Source: Vulcanimicrobiota bacterium
GTDB lineage: Bacteria > Vulcanimicrobiota > Vulcanimicrobiia > Vulcanimicrobiales > Vulcanimicrobiaceae
NCBI GenBank assembly: GCA_963714015.1
Contig: OY970223.1
Location: 2,752,001 to 2,816,000 of the forward strand
Reading direction: 5' to 3'
DNA length: 64,000 bases
Shown here: in pieces, positions 30,355-40,680 of the stretch
Position numbering within the stretch: position 1 is the stretch's first letter
Layout of the letters: every line of letters starts with the position of its first letter
The notes under the pieces: model-generated
Database searches by the model: none
Told to the model about the DNA's origin: nothing
What the model saw: only the letters and a program-made list of their open reading frames with translations
Made by a program: the position numbers and the translations under genes

Positions 30355-31302
30355 TCACATGAGCTCGTCGGCGGGAGCGTTCGGATGATAATGATGGCGG
30401 GGCAGCGGAAGCTCGTCGTCGAGCAGCAGATCGGGCAGCACTGCACCGAGATCGCCTAACAGCGGCAGGGTGGCGCGGGCGAGATCGATCTCGCGCAGGT
30501 CGATTGTCCCCCGAACGATGTGAGCTCCGAGCGCCGGCGCGTGCACGACCGTTCGCCCGTACGGATCGACGATGCGCGAACTTCCCGTCATGCCTTTGCC
30601 GCCCTCAAATCCGGCGAGGCCGGCATATAGCACGTAGACGCCGTGTTCCGCCGCGGTAGCGTGCAAAATCTCTTTCCAGCGCGCGATGCTGCCGAGTTCG
30701 TCGTCTTCTTCGATTCCGCGGCCGGGTGCGGCACTTGGGACGATTAGGATGCGCGCGCCTTTGATTGCCGCGATCGTCGGCATGATCGCGTGCCACACGT
30801 CCTCGCAGATGAGCATTGCCATGCGGCCGAAGCGCGAATCGAACGCTTGAAGCCGCCGCCCGCGCGAATGAAAGCGCTCCTCGTCGAAGACTCCGTAAGT
30901 CGGCAGAAACATCTTGCGATGGACGTGACGCAGCTGCACCGATTCGCCGGCGATCTGAACGTATGCCGCGCTGTTATAGTACGTTCCGCCGTCATTCTCA
31001 AAGAAACCGCTCGCGATATCTACCGGCGAGTTACCGTTGGCCCTGCGCCATGCCCGCGCGAGATCGTGCGCGAACTGTGAGGCGTTCAGCGCGAGTTCAT
31101 ACACGGCGCCTTCCAAGAAATAGCCGGTCAGCGCACCTTCGGGAAGAACGACGAGATCGGGAACTTCTCCTTGACCGAGCTGCGCGAAGACTTCCGTCAG
31201 TTCCGTGAGGTTTTCTTCGTACCGGCCCTTACGGGGCTTGAATTGAACGATCGCGACGCGAGCCTGCGCGCCGCCGCGATCGGAACTAACCGGCGGTTCC
31301 AC
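30355..31302 (-). CDS. Nitrilase/carbon-nitrogen hydrolase, probable glutaminase partner of NAD synthetase
   Basis: E-K-C triad: LPEGAL, HRKMFLPTYGVFDEERF, LICEDVW; start approximate. Confidence 0.87.
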   Translation of the reverse strand: MEPPVSSDRGGAQARVAIVQFKPRKGRYEENLTELTEVFAQLGQGEVPDLVVLPEGALTGYFLEGAVYELALNASQFAHDLARAWRRANGNSPVDIASGFFENDGGTYYNSAAYVQIAGESVQLRHVHRKMFLPTYGVFDEERFHSRGRRLQAFDSRFGRMAMLICEDVWHAIMPTIAAIKGARILIVPSAAPGRGIEEDDELGSIARWKEILHATAAEHGVYVLYAGLAGFEGGKGMTGSSRIVDPYGRTVVHAPALGAHIVRGTIDLREIDLARATLPLLGDLGAVLPDLLLDDELPLPRHHYHPNAPADELM

Positions 31303-32728
31303 CCAGCGCGACTTCCGGTTCGATTTCGCCCGGTCCCGCCACGTGCAGTTTCGCCGCGCACTCCTCGGCAGGATACGTCCAAATCTCGGCGAGCGTCGGA
31401 TGCAGGTGCGGAATGCGCATGAAATCCTGGGCCGTCGCGTTGTAATGCATGGCAACGACTAATTCGTGGATGAGATCCGATCCGGCGGGGCCCAGCACGG
31501 CGGCTCCTAAAATCTTTCCGGTATCGGCCGCCGCCATGATCTTCACAAAGCCTTTGGTCTTGCCGATGCACTGCGCCTTGCCGTGTTCGGCAAAATCGTA
31601 CGAGCCCTTGACGTAGGCGATTCCCTTGGCCTGCAGTTCGCGTTCCGTCGCACCGGCCACGGCGACTTGCGGATCGCTGAAGACGGTATGCGTCTTGAAC
31701 AGGTCGTAGACCGCCTTTTCATTCGTACCGTGGACCGCGTTGCGCGCCGCGATTTCGCCTTCGTAGATTGCGACGTGGACCAGCATGTGCTTTCCGGCGA
31801 CGTCACCGATGGCGTAGAAGTCCGGATTGCACGTGCGCATGGACTCATCGGTCTCGATGCCGGTGATGTGGTGGCAGGGCACCTTGGCTACGTCGAGATC
31901 GAGACCGTCGAAATTCGGCACGCGTCCGAGGCAGTAGAGAATCTCCCCAGCTTCGAGTTCTCCGTCTATTCCGTCCCGGACGACGTGAACGACTTTGCGA
32001 TCGCCGCGCTTGCTGACCGCGACGATTTGGGTCTGCGTATGCACTTCGATGCCTTCGTCCCGATAATATCCCGTGAGCGCATCCCCGATGTCGTGATCTT
32101 CGCCGGAAAGCAGATGCCGGCTGCGCAGCACGATACTTGTTTTGACGCCCATACGCGCAAAGAATTGCCCCAGCTCGCAGCCGATGTAACCGCCGCCCAG
32201 CACGATGAGCGATTCCGGCAACGCGCTCAATTCGAGCGCGCCGTCGCTGTCGATGTAGCCAGTTTCTTCAAGTCCGTGAACGGCGCTCCCCGGTGCGACC
32301 ATGCTGCCCGTTGCAATGATGAACTTCTTCGCCTCGATAATCAGGTCGGAACCGACCTGCACTTCGTGGGGTGAAATGAACCGCGCCGGTCCCTGGTAGA
32401 GCGGAAATGTCTCGATGCCCTCGATGCGATAATCCGCAAACCCTTTGATAAGCTCGCGCTTGCGACGCATGATGTGCGGAAAGTCAATGCTAATGCGTTC
32501 CGCGTGTATGCCCAGTTCGGCGGCCTCTCGCATGTCATGGGCCGCATCGCTGGAGGCGATGAGCGTCTTGCTCGGCATACAGCCGCGCAAAATGCACAAG
32601 CCGCCAAGGGGCCCATGATCGATAAGCGCGACATCGGCGCCGCAATCACGTGCGGTGCGTGCGGCGGCAAAGCCGCCGGAACCGGCTCCAACGACGAGGA
32701 CGAAATGATTCTTACGCTGCATAGCCAT
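31286..32728 (-). CDS. Class I pyridine nucleotide-disulfide oxidoreductase (dihydrolipoamide dehydrogenase-like)
   Basis: VGAGSGG, GGLCILRGCMPSK, GGGYIGCE, HPTLAE; lacks the MerA C-terminal Cys pair. Confidence 0.88.
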   Translation of the reverse strand: MAMQRKNHFVLVVGAGSGGFAAARTARDCGADVALIDHGPLGGLCILRGCMPSKTLIASSDAAHDMREAAELGIHAERISIDFPHIMRRKRELIKGFADYRIEGIETFPLYQGPARFISPHEVQVGSDLIIEAKKFIIATGSMVAPGSAVHGLEETGYIDSDGALELSALPESLIVLGGGYIGCELGQFFARMGVKTSIVLRSRHLLSGEDHDIGDALTGYYRDEGIEVHTQTQIVAVSKRGDRKVVHVVRDGIDGELEAGEILYCLGRVPNFDGLDLDVAKVPCHHITGIETDESMRTCNPDFYAIGDVAGKHMLVHVAIYEGEIAARNAVHGTNEKAVYDLFKTHTVFSDPQVAVAGATERELQAKGIAYVKGSYDFAEHGKAQCIGKTKGFVKIMAAADTGKILGAAVLGPAGSDLIHELVVAMHYNATAQDFMRIPHLHPTLAEIWTYPAEECAAKLHVAGPGEIEPEVALGGTAG

Positions 32729-33714
32729 TAGGGAGACTTGGAATACACCGGCATTGGACGCGCGCCCAGACGATGGACCGACTCGATGAAGCGCACCGTT
32801 CCGTCCGAGTGCATGACGACCGAGTGCGTGCGAGCGTTGTTCCCGAAGAAGCGCACGCCCCGCGTCAAATCGCCGTCCGTAATGCCGGTCGCGCAGAACA
32901 CGACGTGCGCGCCTTTGATCAAGTCGTCGATTCCCAGCATGCGATCGCTCTGACCGAAGCCCATGGCTTTGGCGCGCTCGACCTCTTCGGCGTTACGAAA
33001 CTCGAGCCGTCCCATGAAATTCCCGCCCATGCATTTGAGTGCGGCTGCGGCAAGCACGCCTTCGGGCGCGCCGCCGATCCCCATAGCCACGTGAACACCG
33101 GTTCCCGGCACGGCGGTTGCAATACATGCGTCCACGTCGCCGTCGGAGATCAGTTTGATGCGCGCGCCGACCTCGCGAACCTGACGAATCAGCTCCGTGT
33201 GGCGCGGGCGATCGAGGATGACGACCGTGACGTCGTTGATCGGTTTTTCGAGCGCGTTCGAGACCGCCTCCAAGTTGTCGCGCACCGACGCGTCGATGTG
33301 CACGTACGGGGCGGCTTTGGGGCCGACGGCGAGTTTCTTCATATAAGTGTCCGGCGCGTTCAGCAATCCGCCGCGCTCCGAGATAGCCATGACCGCGATC
33401 GAGTTGGGAAGGCCGTTTGCAACCAGATTCGTTCCCTCGACGGGATCGACCGCGATGTCGACCTCGAACCCTCCGCGGCCGAGCTCCTCGCCGATGTACA
33501 GCATGGGCGCTTCGTCACGCTCGCCTTCTCCGATGACGATGCGGCCGGAAATCTCCATGGCGTTCAAGCTTTCGCGCATCCGCTCGACCGCGGCGCCGTC
33601 GGCGGTGTCGCGCTCTCCGCGGCCCATCCACCGCGAGGCCGCGAGCGCTGCGCTCTCCGTCACTTTCACGAAATCCAGCGTATTTATCGGGCTGGTTACC
33701 GTCCTTGCCGTCAT
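32728..33714 (-). CDS. glpX: Class II fructose-1,6-bisphosphatase (possibly FBP/SBPase)
   Basis: VIGEGERDEAPML, AVDPVEGT, DTYMKK, DGDV, GGAPEGV, ATGITDG. Confidence 0.95.
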   Translation of the reverse strand: MTARTVTSPINTLDFVKVTESAALAASRWMGRGERDTADGAAVERMRESLNAMEISGRIVIGEGERDEAPMLYIGEELGRGGFEVDIAVDPVEGTNLVANGLPNSIAVMAISERGGLLNAPDTYMKKLAVGPKAAPYVHIDASVRDNLEAVSNALEKPINDVTVVILDRPRHTELIRQVREVGARIKLISDGDVDACIATAVPGTGVHVAMGIGGAPEGVLAAAALKCMGGNFMGRLEFRNAEEVERAKAMGFGQSDRMLGIDDLIKGAHVVFCATGITDGDLTRGVRFFGNNARTHSVVMHSDGTVRFIESVHRLGARPMPVYSKSP

Positions 33715-33764
33715 GGTCACCACGCCGTTTGGCTACAAGGGAACACCGACGATTCCTTTAACTG

Positions 33765-35350
33765 TTGCTCCTCGTGTCGGCCCACGCAGAACATTCCCGC
33801 GCCGCTGCGCGAATCGTACTTCCTTCCGTCGACGTATTCCTGACGGCCGGCTGGGGGCCGCTCGTCGTCGTCGCTCTGTCCGGCCTCAGCTTAGGATTCT
33901 TCTTCTGGGACCAAGGCGTCATACCGACGCATCGGCCAACGCTGATTCAAGCCGGTCTGCTGTTCTTGCCGCCGCTGTGCGCGCTCGCGAGCGTGGGATT
34001 GTGGCTGTGGTACGGCCGATATTTCTCGCTGCGCACCGGCGTGAGGTATCAGCGCTCCCTCGAGTACGACGCTTTGGCGTGGCTGCCGTTCATCGGATTG
34101 TGGCTCACGTTCATGATCCCGATCTCGGTCTCGCACGGAAGCAGCCGTTTACTGCTTTACTGCTTTGCGGTGTTCTGCGCCGTGAAGCTCGCGGTGGCGG
34201 TGCGTTTCAATATGACCGTGCGCGAAGTCACGATCGATTTCATCGTTACGCGCTTTGCGATCATCGTCATTGCGGAACTGGCTGCGGTCATTATCGGCCA
34301 ACGTCCCGGCGTGCACGTCCAAGAATCGCGCAACCTGCTGCTGAACGTCTGGGGACGCTGGGATGCCGTGCACTACATCGACATCGCGACGGTCGGATAT
34401 CACGGGACCGACATGGCGTTCTTCCCGCTCTATCCCCTGCTCATCGCCGCGCTGGGAGTGTCGATCGGCAACCATCTCATCGCGGGCCTGGTGATCTCGA
34501 ACGTCGCCTTTTTCTTTGGGCTTCTCTTTCTCTACAAGCTGCTCGAACATGAATACAGCCGGGACGTCGCCCGCCGCGCGATTTTCTACGTTTCGATCTT
34601 TCCTACGTCGCTGTACTTTTCGGCGGTATATCCGGAGTCGCTCTTCTTTATGCTCTCGGTCGCCTCGTTCTATTACATGCGCGGGCGGCGCTGGTGGATG
34701 GCGGGGATCATCGGATTCTTTGCGGCGATGACGCGGGTCGAAGGCGTACTCTTGACGGTTCCGTTTGCAATCGAGTGGGTGACGGCCCATTGGAACACGT
34801 TCAAGGAGATGCTTCATCCACGCGGCACCGAGTGCGTAAGGTAACCATCGACGCATTGCCGGTGCTGCTGATCCCTGCGGGGCTGGCCGTGTACATGTGG
34901 TATCTGTGGGTGCTAAACGGCGATCCGCTTTACTTCTCGCACGTGCAAGTGAATTGGAACCGGCACCTGGCGGCGCCATGGACCGCGATCTGGAACTCCG
35001 TTCACAAGATCGCGACATCCGCCGCCACCGGCACGGTCGCCGGACAACAAACCGTTGCGAATCAAACATTGGAACTGGTCTTCACCGCGTTGATGATCGG
35101 CGTGCTGCTGGCGGGGTCGCGAAAAGTCAAATCATCGTACATTGCGTACATGGCGATCTCGATTCTCGTACCGCTCTGCACCTCGAGTTTGATGTCGATG
35201 CCGCGCTTTGCGCTCGTGCTCTTCCCGATGTTTGCGATCTTCGCGCTCTGGGGAAGCCGGGCGGCAGCCAACAACGCAATCGTTGCTTTCTCACTGCCGC
35301 TGCTCGGCCTGTACACCGTGCTTTTCGCGGATTGGTACTGGGTTGCTTGA
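33765..35350 (+). CDS. PIG-V-like (GT-C) membrane mannosyltransferase, split by a frameshift near 34830
   Basis: RWDAVHY, AFFPLYP, YPESLF, TRVEG in the first ORF; GDPLYF and SMPRF in the second; many TM helices. Start uncertain. Confidence 0.8.
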
Positions 35351-35741
35351 CCTGATTCAACGCCGCGGCGTACGGCAGTTCGTCAAGTTCGGCACCGTCG
35401 GCGCCACGGGCACGATTGTGAACTTCGTGGTTGCGCACGGCATTCAGAAGGGCGCCCCGAGCTTTCCGTGGGTCGGGGATTTTGCGATTGGGTTCATGGC
35501 GGGCGGCGTCTCGAATTGGTATCTGAACCGTATCTGGACGTTCCGGTCGAGCGCACATCCCGGCCGTGAAGCGCTTCAGTTTTTAACGGTCTCGGCGATC
35601 TCGCTCGGCGTCGGGTCGCTGATTTTCTTGTGGCGGCCGTTCGGTAATCACTTCTCGTTCACGTGGGCTGCCGCAACGCTGGCGGGCATTTTCGTCAACT
35701 TTTTCCTGAACAAGTATTGGACGTTCAAAGACGCGACCTAG
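35343..35741 (+). CDS. GtrA family lipid-linked sugar translocase
   Basis: QFVKFGTVG, NWYLNRIWTF, NFFLNKYWTF. Confidence 0.9.
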   Translation: MLDLIQRRGVRQFVKFGTVGATGTIVNFVVAHGIQKGAPSFPWVGDFAIGFMAGGVSNWYLNRIWTFRSSAHPGREALQFLTVSAISLGVGSLIFLWRPFGNHFSFTWAAATLAGIFVNFFLNKYWTFKDAT

Positions 35742-37327
35742 GCGCGCTTGCCTGGCGCGCCGCACTGGGTTCGATTTTGCTGCTCGGGCTGGTTCTGCGC
35801 CTGAAAGGCATCCACGATCCGCTTTTGGACCACCCCGGTTGGCGCCAAGGCGATACGGCTTCGATTGCCAAGAACTTCGCGACGCTGCAGTACAACATTC
35901 TGTACCCGCAGACGAACTACGACGGGCCGCCGCCCAACTACGTCGAGCTCGAACTCCAGATCGTTCCCTTTATTGCGGCGACGCTCTACAAGATTTTCGG
36001 CGTTCACGAAGTTTTCGGGCGCGTCATTACGATCGTCTTCAGCTTGGGAACGGTTGGAGTCGTCGGCTGCTTCGCGCGCTGGCTGTTTCTGAGCGACGTC
36101 GCGGGGCTGCTCGCGGCATTGCTCTACGCGATCATGCCCGGCAGCATCTATTACGGCCGCACGTTCACGCCCGATGCGACCATGGTGTTCTTCATGACCG
36201 CGGCGCTCTACGCGATTGCAAAGCTGCTGCTGCAAAGCGATCGCTGGACGCCGCGTGCGGTTTCCAGTTCGACGTTGCTGCTCGCTTTGGCGTTCTTAGC
36301 AAAGCCGGTTTCGCTGGTGGCGCTCGTCCCTATTGCAGCGCTCGCGGTGGTTGCGTTCCGTTCCCGCAAGCGCCTCGAGTGGGAGAGCCTCGCCGTAATC
36401 GTCATCGTTCCGCTGCTCCTCCTCTACGGCTACGATCGATTCGTGTCCGCACATGCGGAATGGCACTGGGCCTCGGGGATTACGACGCTGCACGTGCTTC
36501 CGGCTCTGGGACAATCGTTACGCAGCGCGGCGGCGCTGCATTTCAAGTTCACGCAGTTCCGTCTCGTTCTCGGCATGCTGGCGTGGATTATGATCGGCCC
36601 CGTCATCACCGCATTCGCGATTCTCGGCTGTTTCTTTACGCCTCCGGGCACGCGTTCGCGCGCGCTGCTGTGGGCTTGGCTCGCGGGCGGCCTCCTGTAC
36701 ACATACGTAGTCGTCACGGTGGAGCGCGTGGACTATTACATGTATCTCATGCTTCCGCTGGCCGCGCTTACGGCAGCCGCATTCCTTTCGCGGCTGTTCG
36801 AGGCCGTTCGTGAGAGCGCAGCCCGCAAAGAGCTGAAGTATGCCGCAGCGGTCGTGGGATTGCTGGCGCTTGCCGCAACGATTTACCAGAATCGGCAGAT
36901 TGTCGCGCCGTACTACCGGTACAGCAAGGCCGTCTATCGTGACGCCATTGCGCTTGATGGGACGCTACGGCCGGGACTGCTGGTCGTCATGGGACATTAC
37001 GATCCGTCGGTGCTTTATTATATCGGGCACTACGGCTGGGAAGAGGATCCGTATCTCTGGACACCGTTCGACGAGCAGAGCGCAATCCGCAAAGGCGCCC
37101 GGTACTACATCGACATCGAGCGTAACCGTTTCAACAAAAACGTCGAGCTCTGCGCATGGATGCAGCGCTTTCCGGTACTGGACACGAACGCGCGCTGGCC
37201 GGTCTACGTTACCGACCCGGCACTGGTCTTACCGAGCGCCGGCGCGCAATGGCGTGAATTCCGAAATGCCGAAAAAGCGGGCGATGCTCGCGCGTGGCTG
37301 GACGCGCACGGAATGTGTCTGAAGTAG
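35663..37327 (+). CDS. ArnT/PMT-like (GT39/GT83, GT-C) membrane glycosyltransferase; true start probably near 35740
   Basis: WRQGDTASIAKNF, GRVITI, YYGRTFTPD, LAKP, YYMYLMLP; polytopic. Confidence 0.82.
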   Translation: MGCRNAGGHFRQLFPEQVLDVQRRDLGALAWRAALGSILLLGLVLRLKGIHDPLLDHPGWRQGDTASIAKNFATLQYNILYPQTNYDGPPPNYVELELQIVPFIAATLYKIFGVHEVFGRVITIVFSLGTVGVVGCFARWLFLSDVAGLLAALLYAIMPGSIYYGRTFTPDATMVFFMTAALYAIAKLLLQSDRWTPRAVSSSTLLLALAFLAKPVSLVALVPIAALAVVAFRSRKRLEWESLAVIVIVPLLLLYGYDRFVSAHAEWHWASGITTLHVLPALGQSLRSAAALHFKFTQFRLVLGMLAWIMIGPVITAFAILGCFFTPPGTRSRALLWAWLAGGLLYTYVVVTVERVDYYMYLMLPLAALTAAAFLSRLFEAVRESAARKELKYAAAVVGLLALAATIYQNRQIVAPYYRYSKAVYRDAIALDGTLRPGLLVVMGHYDPSVLYYIGHYGWEEDPYLWTPFDEQSAIRKGARYYIDIERNRFNKNVELCAWMQRFPVLDTNARWPVYVTDPALVLPSAGAQWREFRNAEKAGDARAWLDAHGMCLK

Positions 37328-37341
37328 CGCCCAACGAATCG

Positions 37342-37992
37342 CTACGGTACGGGCAGCAGTGACCCTTCCGGAGCCGACGTAGTCGATTGTGCCGCGGCCG
37401 GAACGCCCGACTCCACCAACTGACGGTAGGCGATGAGCCGGTTCGTGTTCTTGGCGACGTCCAGTTCCAGCTCGTACGAACTCTGAATCGCCTTCGTCAG
37501 CTCCTGCGTGTCGTACGTGTAGCCGAAATTCTTGAGGTCTTTCAAGATGCTCTTCGTGTTGAGGGCCGCGTAGGATTCTTGCATCTGCAGGCCCGCGGCT
37601 TCGTACGTCGGATAGTTGGAAATGACGATCTCGCGTTTGAGGCGCGCGTCGTCGATCCGCGAACGCAGCGCCTGCAGCCGTACGCTCAGCGGATCGAATC
37701 GCTGCGCTTCGTTGAGGGTACTCAGCGCGTCGTCGAAATCGCCCTTGCGATAATCCGTTTCCGCGATGTCCGCGGCGGCGGTCGAGAAGCCGGCTCGCGC
37801 CCGCGCGTCGTGCAGATTCACGCGCAGGGCTAAGCGGTACGCCGTTTCGGCTTCGTGCAGGCTGCCCCGGTCCAGCGCTACGTCACCTTGATGAACGCGC
37901 GTATTGACGATCCAATGCTCGACGCTGCCGGCACAGCCGGAAAATACAAGCATGCTGCAGAGAAGTGCACAATATCGCCAAAAACCGTTCAT
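37342..37992 (-). CDS. TPR-like lipoprotein
   Basis: FSGC lipobox; TPR-like GDVAL...AETAYRLAL and GDFDDAL...AQRFDP. Confidence 0.75.
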   Translation of the reverse strand: MNGFWRYCALLCSMLVFSGCAGSVEHWIVNTRVHQGDVALDRGSLHEAETAYRLALRVNLHDARARAGFSTAAADIAETDYRKGDFDDALSTLNEAQRFDPLSVRLQALRSRIDDARLKREIVISNYPTYEAAGLQMQESYAALNTKSILKDLKNFGYTYDTQELTKAIQSSYELELDVAKNTNRLIAYRQLVESGVPAAAQSTTSAPEGSLLPVP

Positions 37993-38007
37993 CGCTTTTC
38001 CGAACCT

Positions 38008-38925
38008 CTAACGCCCATGGTTGACCAGGTGAGCTACTGCCGCGATGATCCATGCCGCGGGCCACAGCAGCACTTGAGAAAGCAGCCACCCGATTATTGC
38101 CGTAAGCGAAAGATAGAAGACCATGGCCTTGACTTCCTCGTGCGGGCGCTCGCCCTTGACGGCCTCGTCGACGATAATCGACGAAGTCGGGTCGACGAAG
38201 AACGTAAAGGCAATCGTTCCGATTCCGTTGATGATGCCGGAAGTTCCTATGGCCGTTCGTGCAACGTTCACGTCAATCACGCTCGCGTAATAGGCCGCGA
38301 CGACGCCGATCGCATAGATCCCGGTAACGACCACGTTGAATATAAGGAGCCGTCTGGGGATGTTCCGGGTTGAAAAGGCAAAAATTTCGCGGTAGTGCGG
38401 TACCCGCAGATGTGAGACGACGTTCCAAGCGACCCGCACGTCGGCTAGACGGGCGAGCGAATGCGGCAACGACTTGGTCCGCTCGAACGAACGCACGCCG
38501 CGCACGTACATATACGTGAACATGGGCAGCATCAGGCTTCCCAGAATCGTACCGAACATGCCGGCAAGAATGATGAGCCGCAATTGCCATTCAAAGGTGT
38601 GCTGCACTTGCGCGACGGCGGCAGCGGCGCCCGGAGCGATCGGGTGGCTCACGAGCGCCTTGACGGCGTTCCCGGCACGATCCGAAAGCGGGCCCAGCAT
38701 CAGCGTGTAGACGAGCGTGGCCAACCGGCTCGCGGTTACGAAAAGATTGAAGAGCGAAATCGACGTCGCGATGCGCCCCGTGCGCACGCCCGCCAAACGC
38801 GCTGCGTAGGCGCCGATCTGAATCGCTTGAACGACCACGTTGATCGCCAGCGCGGTCGCAAGCTGCCAACTCCAGAACGGTATGGCCGGCGCGATGCCGT
38901 TATGCAGCGCTACGGTTCCACTCAA
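38008..38925 (-). CDS. amj: Lipid II flippase Amj family (DUF2837)
   Basis: AYAARLAGVRTGRIATSISLFN, SGIINGIGTI, VDP; start approximate. Confidence 0.83.
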   Translation of the reverse strand: MSGTVALHNGIAPAIPFWSWQLATALAINVVVQAIQIGAYAARLAGVRTGRIATSISLFNLFVTASRLATLVYTLMLGPLSDRAGNAVKALVSHPIAPGAAAAVAQVQHTFEWQLRLIILAGMFGTILGSLMLPMFTYMYVRGVRSFERTKSLPHSLARLADVRVAWNVVSHLRVPHYREIFAFSTRNIPRRLLIFNVVVTGIYAIGVVAAYYASVIDVNVARTAIGTSGIINGIGTIAFTFFVDPTSSIIVDEAVKGERPHEEVKAMVFYLSLTAIIGWLLSQVLLWPAAWIIAAVAHLVNHGR

Positions 38926-40156
38926 CCGAGGCTTCGTCGACGGGACCGAGCACGCATAGACCCAGGCGATCCTCCGCCAGCAGTTCTTGCGCCAGCGTCT
39001 GAATCTCAGCGGCTGTAACGGCTTCGACCTTTTCCTCGATCTCTTCGGTCGTCAGCTGACGTCCGAGCGAAAACTCGCTGCGTCCGAGGCGAATCATGCG
39101 GCTCGAGGTGCTCTCGAGCGAGAGCGTCAAGCTGCCCTTGATGTGCTCCTTGGCCAGACGCAGTTCCGAGTCTGTGACCGGCGTGTCCCGCATACTCGCG
39201 AACTGCTCGCCGACGACTGAGACACATTCGCCGACGTTCTGGGGCGAGGTGCCTGCGTACACGGCGAAAAGTCCGGCGCCGCGGTACCCGGCTTGAAAGG
39301 AATAGACCGTATACACGAGCCCGCGCTTCTCGCGAATCTCCTGAAACAGGCGGCTCGACATCCCGCCGCCCAAAATCGTGTCGAGCACCGTCAGCACGTA
39401 CCGGCGATCGTCGCGAACCGAAAGGCCGCTGGTGCCTAGAACCACGTAGGCTTGCTCGCTGTCCTTCGAACGGAATAACCTGTTCGGTGTGGCAAGGGGC
39501 GATTCCGGAACCGGCAACTCGCACGAACCGCTGAAGGGCTCGAAGGCTTTTTCGATCATCGCCACGACCTCGTCGTGCTCGACGTTCCCCGCAGCTGCGA
39601 TCAGTACCGAGTTGGGCGCATAGCTGCGTCGCATGTGCGCGCGCAGATCGTCGGGCGTCAAACTCGTGACCGTGTCGGCGAAGCCGATCGTCGGCGCGCC
39701 GAGATTGCTGCCCTCCCACATCGTCTGAATGAAGAGATCGTGGATCAGCTCGTCCGGCGAGTCGTCGTACATCTTGATCTCTTCGAGGACGACTTTTTGT
39801 TCTTTGGCGAGCTCTTCGGGATCGAAGCGAGAGTTCAGGAACATGTCGGCAAGCACGTCGACCGCTAGCGGAAGATGCTGATCCATGACCTTGGCGTAAT
39901 AGCAGGTCGTCTCTTTGTCCGTGAATGCGTTCAGATTGCCGCCGATCCCGTCCATCTCTTCGGCGATGCGGCGCGCCGTGCGCGTCTGCGTGCCTTTGAA
40001 GAGCATGTGCTCGACCAAGTGCGAAACGCCGCGTTTTTCGGGCGCTTCGGCCGCGGATCCGACGTCGGCCCAGATGCCGATCGAAGCGGATCGAAAGGCC
40101 GGCATCGATTCGGTGATGACGCGGACGCCGTTGCGAAGTGTGGTCTTGCGATACAT
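38900..40156 (-). CDS. M16 (pitrilysin family) zinc peptidase
   Basis: HLVEHMLFKGT, NAFT, GGGMSSRLFQEIREKRGLVY. Confidence 0.93.
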   Translation of the reverse strand: MYRKTTLRNGVRVITESMPAFRSASIGIWADVGSAAEAPEKRGVSHLVEHMLFKGTQTRTARRIAEEMDGIGGNLNAFTDKETTCYYAKVMDQHLPLAVDVLADMFLNSRFDPEELAKEQKVVLEEIKMYDDSPDELIHDLFIQTMWEGSNLGAPTIGFADTVTSLTPDDLRAHMRRSYAPNSVLIAAAGNVEHDEVVAMIEKAFEPFSGSCELPVPESPLATPNRLFRSKDSEQAYVVLGTSGLSVRDDRRYVLTVLDTILGGGMSSRLFQEIREKRGLVYTVYSFQAGYRGAGLFAVYAGTSPQNVGECVSVVGEQFASMRDTPVTDSELRLAKEHIKGSLTLSLESTSSRMIRLGRSEFSLGRQLTTEEIEEKVEAVTAAEIQTLAQELLAEDRLGLCVLGPVDEASVEWNRSAA

Positions 40157-40164
40157 GCCCGGTC

Positions 40165-40680
40165 TCATTTTAGAGCGGTCCGGGCCCACTCCTGGTCCCA
40201 GAAGACGCCGGTCCCTTGCCGCATGCGCGCCAAAAGCGCATCGGCGCTCTCGCCCCGCCGCACGGAAACGCTGAAAACGGTGCGCGACGCCGGTTTGGCA
40301 AGGTCGCCCGAGACGACGATATCTTTACCGACGCGTATGGGAACGGTGGCCCAAACGTCGACCTCGTCGGGGGAAGACGCCGCAAAGGCGTCGTGCACCA
40401 GCGCAGCGATCTCGTCCAGGAATTGCTCGCGGCTGAGCGCGTGGTGAAAGTGCACCCCCGATACGTGCAGTCCCGCTACCCGAAAAGCGCCGATGCCGCT
40501 CTCGTAGACGTTCAAGACTTGGGCGGGCCACTCGGTGCGGAAGATCGCCCGGCCCATACGAACCGCGAGCGGCTTGAGATTTCCGGACGCGCGCGCATAC
40601 GCGTCGCTCGCGCCGACGCCGGGCGCCGCGGTGGGGAAAAGCGTCTGCGCCGCGAGCAGCAGACTAATAACTCTGAGCAA
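40165..40680 (-). CDS. Hypothetical secreted protein
   Basis: Signal-like N-terminus; fills the gap between proS and the M16 gene on the same strand. Confidence 0.65.
   Translation of the reverse strand: MLRVISLLLAAQTLFPTAAPGVGASDAYARASGNLKPLAVRMGRAIFRTEWPAQVLNVYESGIGAFRVAGLHVSGVHFHHALSREQFLDEIAALVHDAFAASSPDEVDVWATVPIRVGKDIVVSGDLAKPASRTVFSVSVRRGESADALLARMRQGTGVFWDQEWARTALK

Noticed and set aside
31286..32728. Mercuric reductase MerA
   Set aside because: No C-terminal Cys-Cys pair, no N-terminal HMA domain and no mer genes nearby; HPTxxE fits Lpd-like enzymes.
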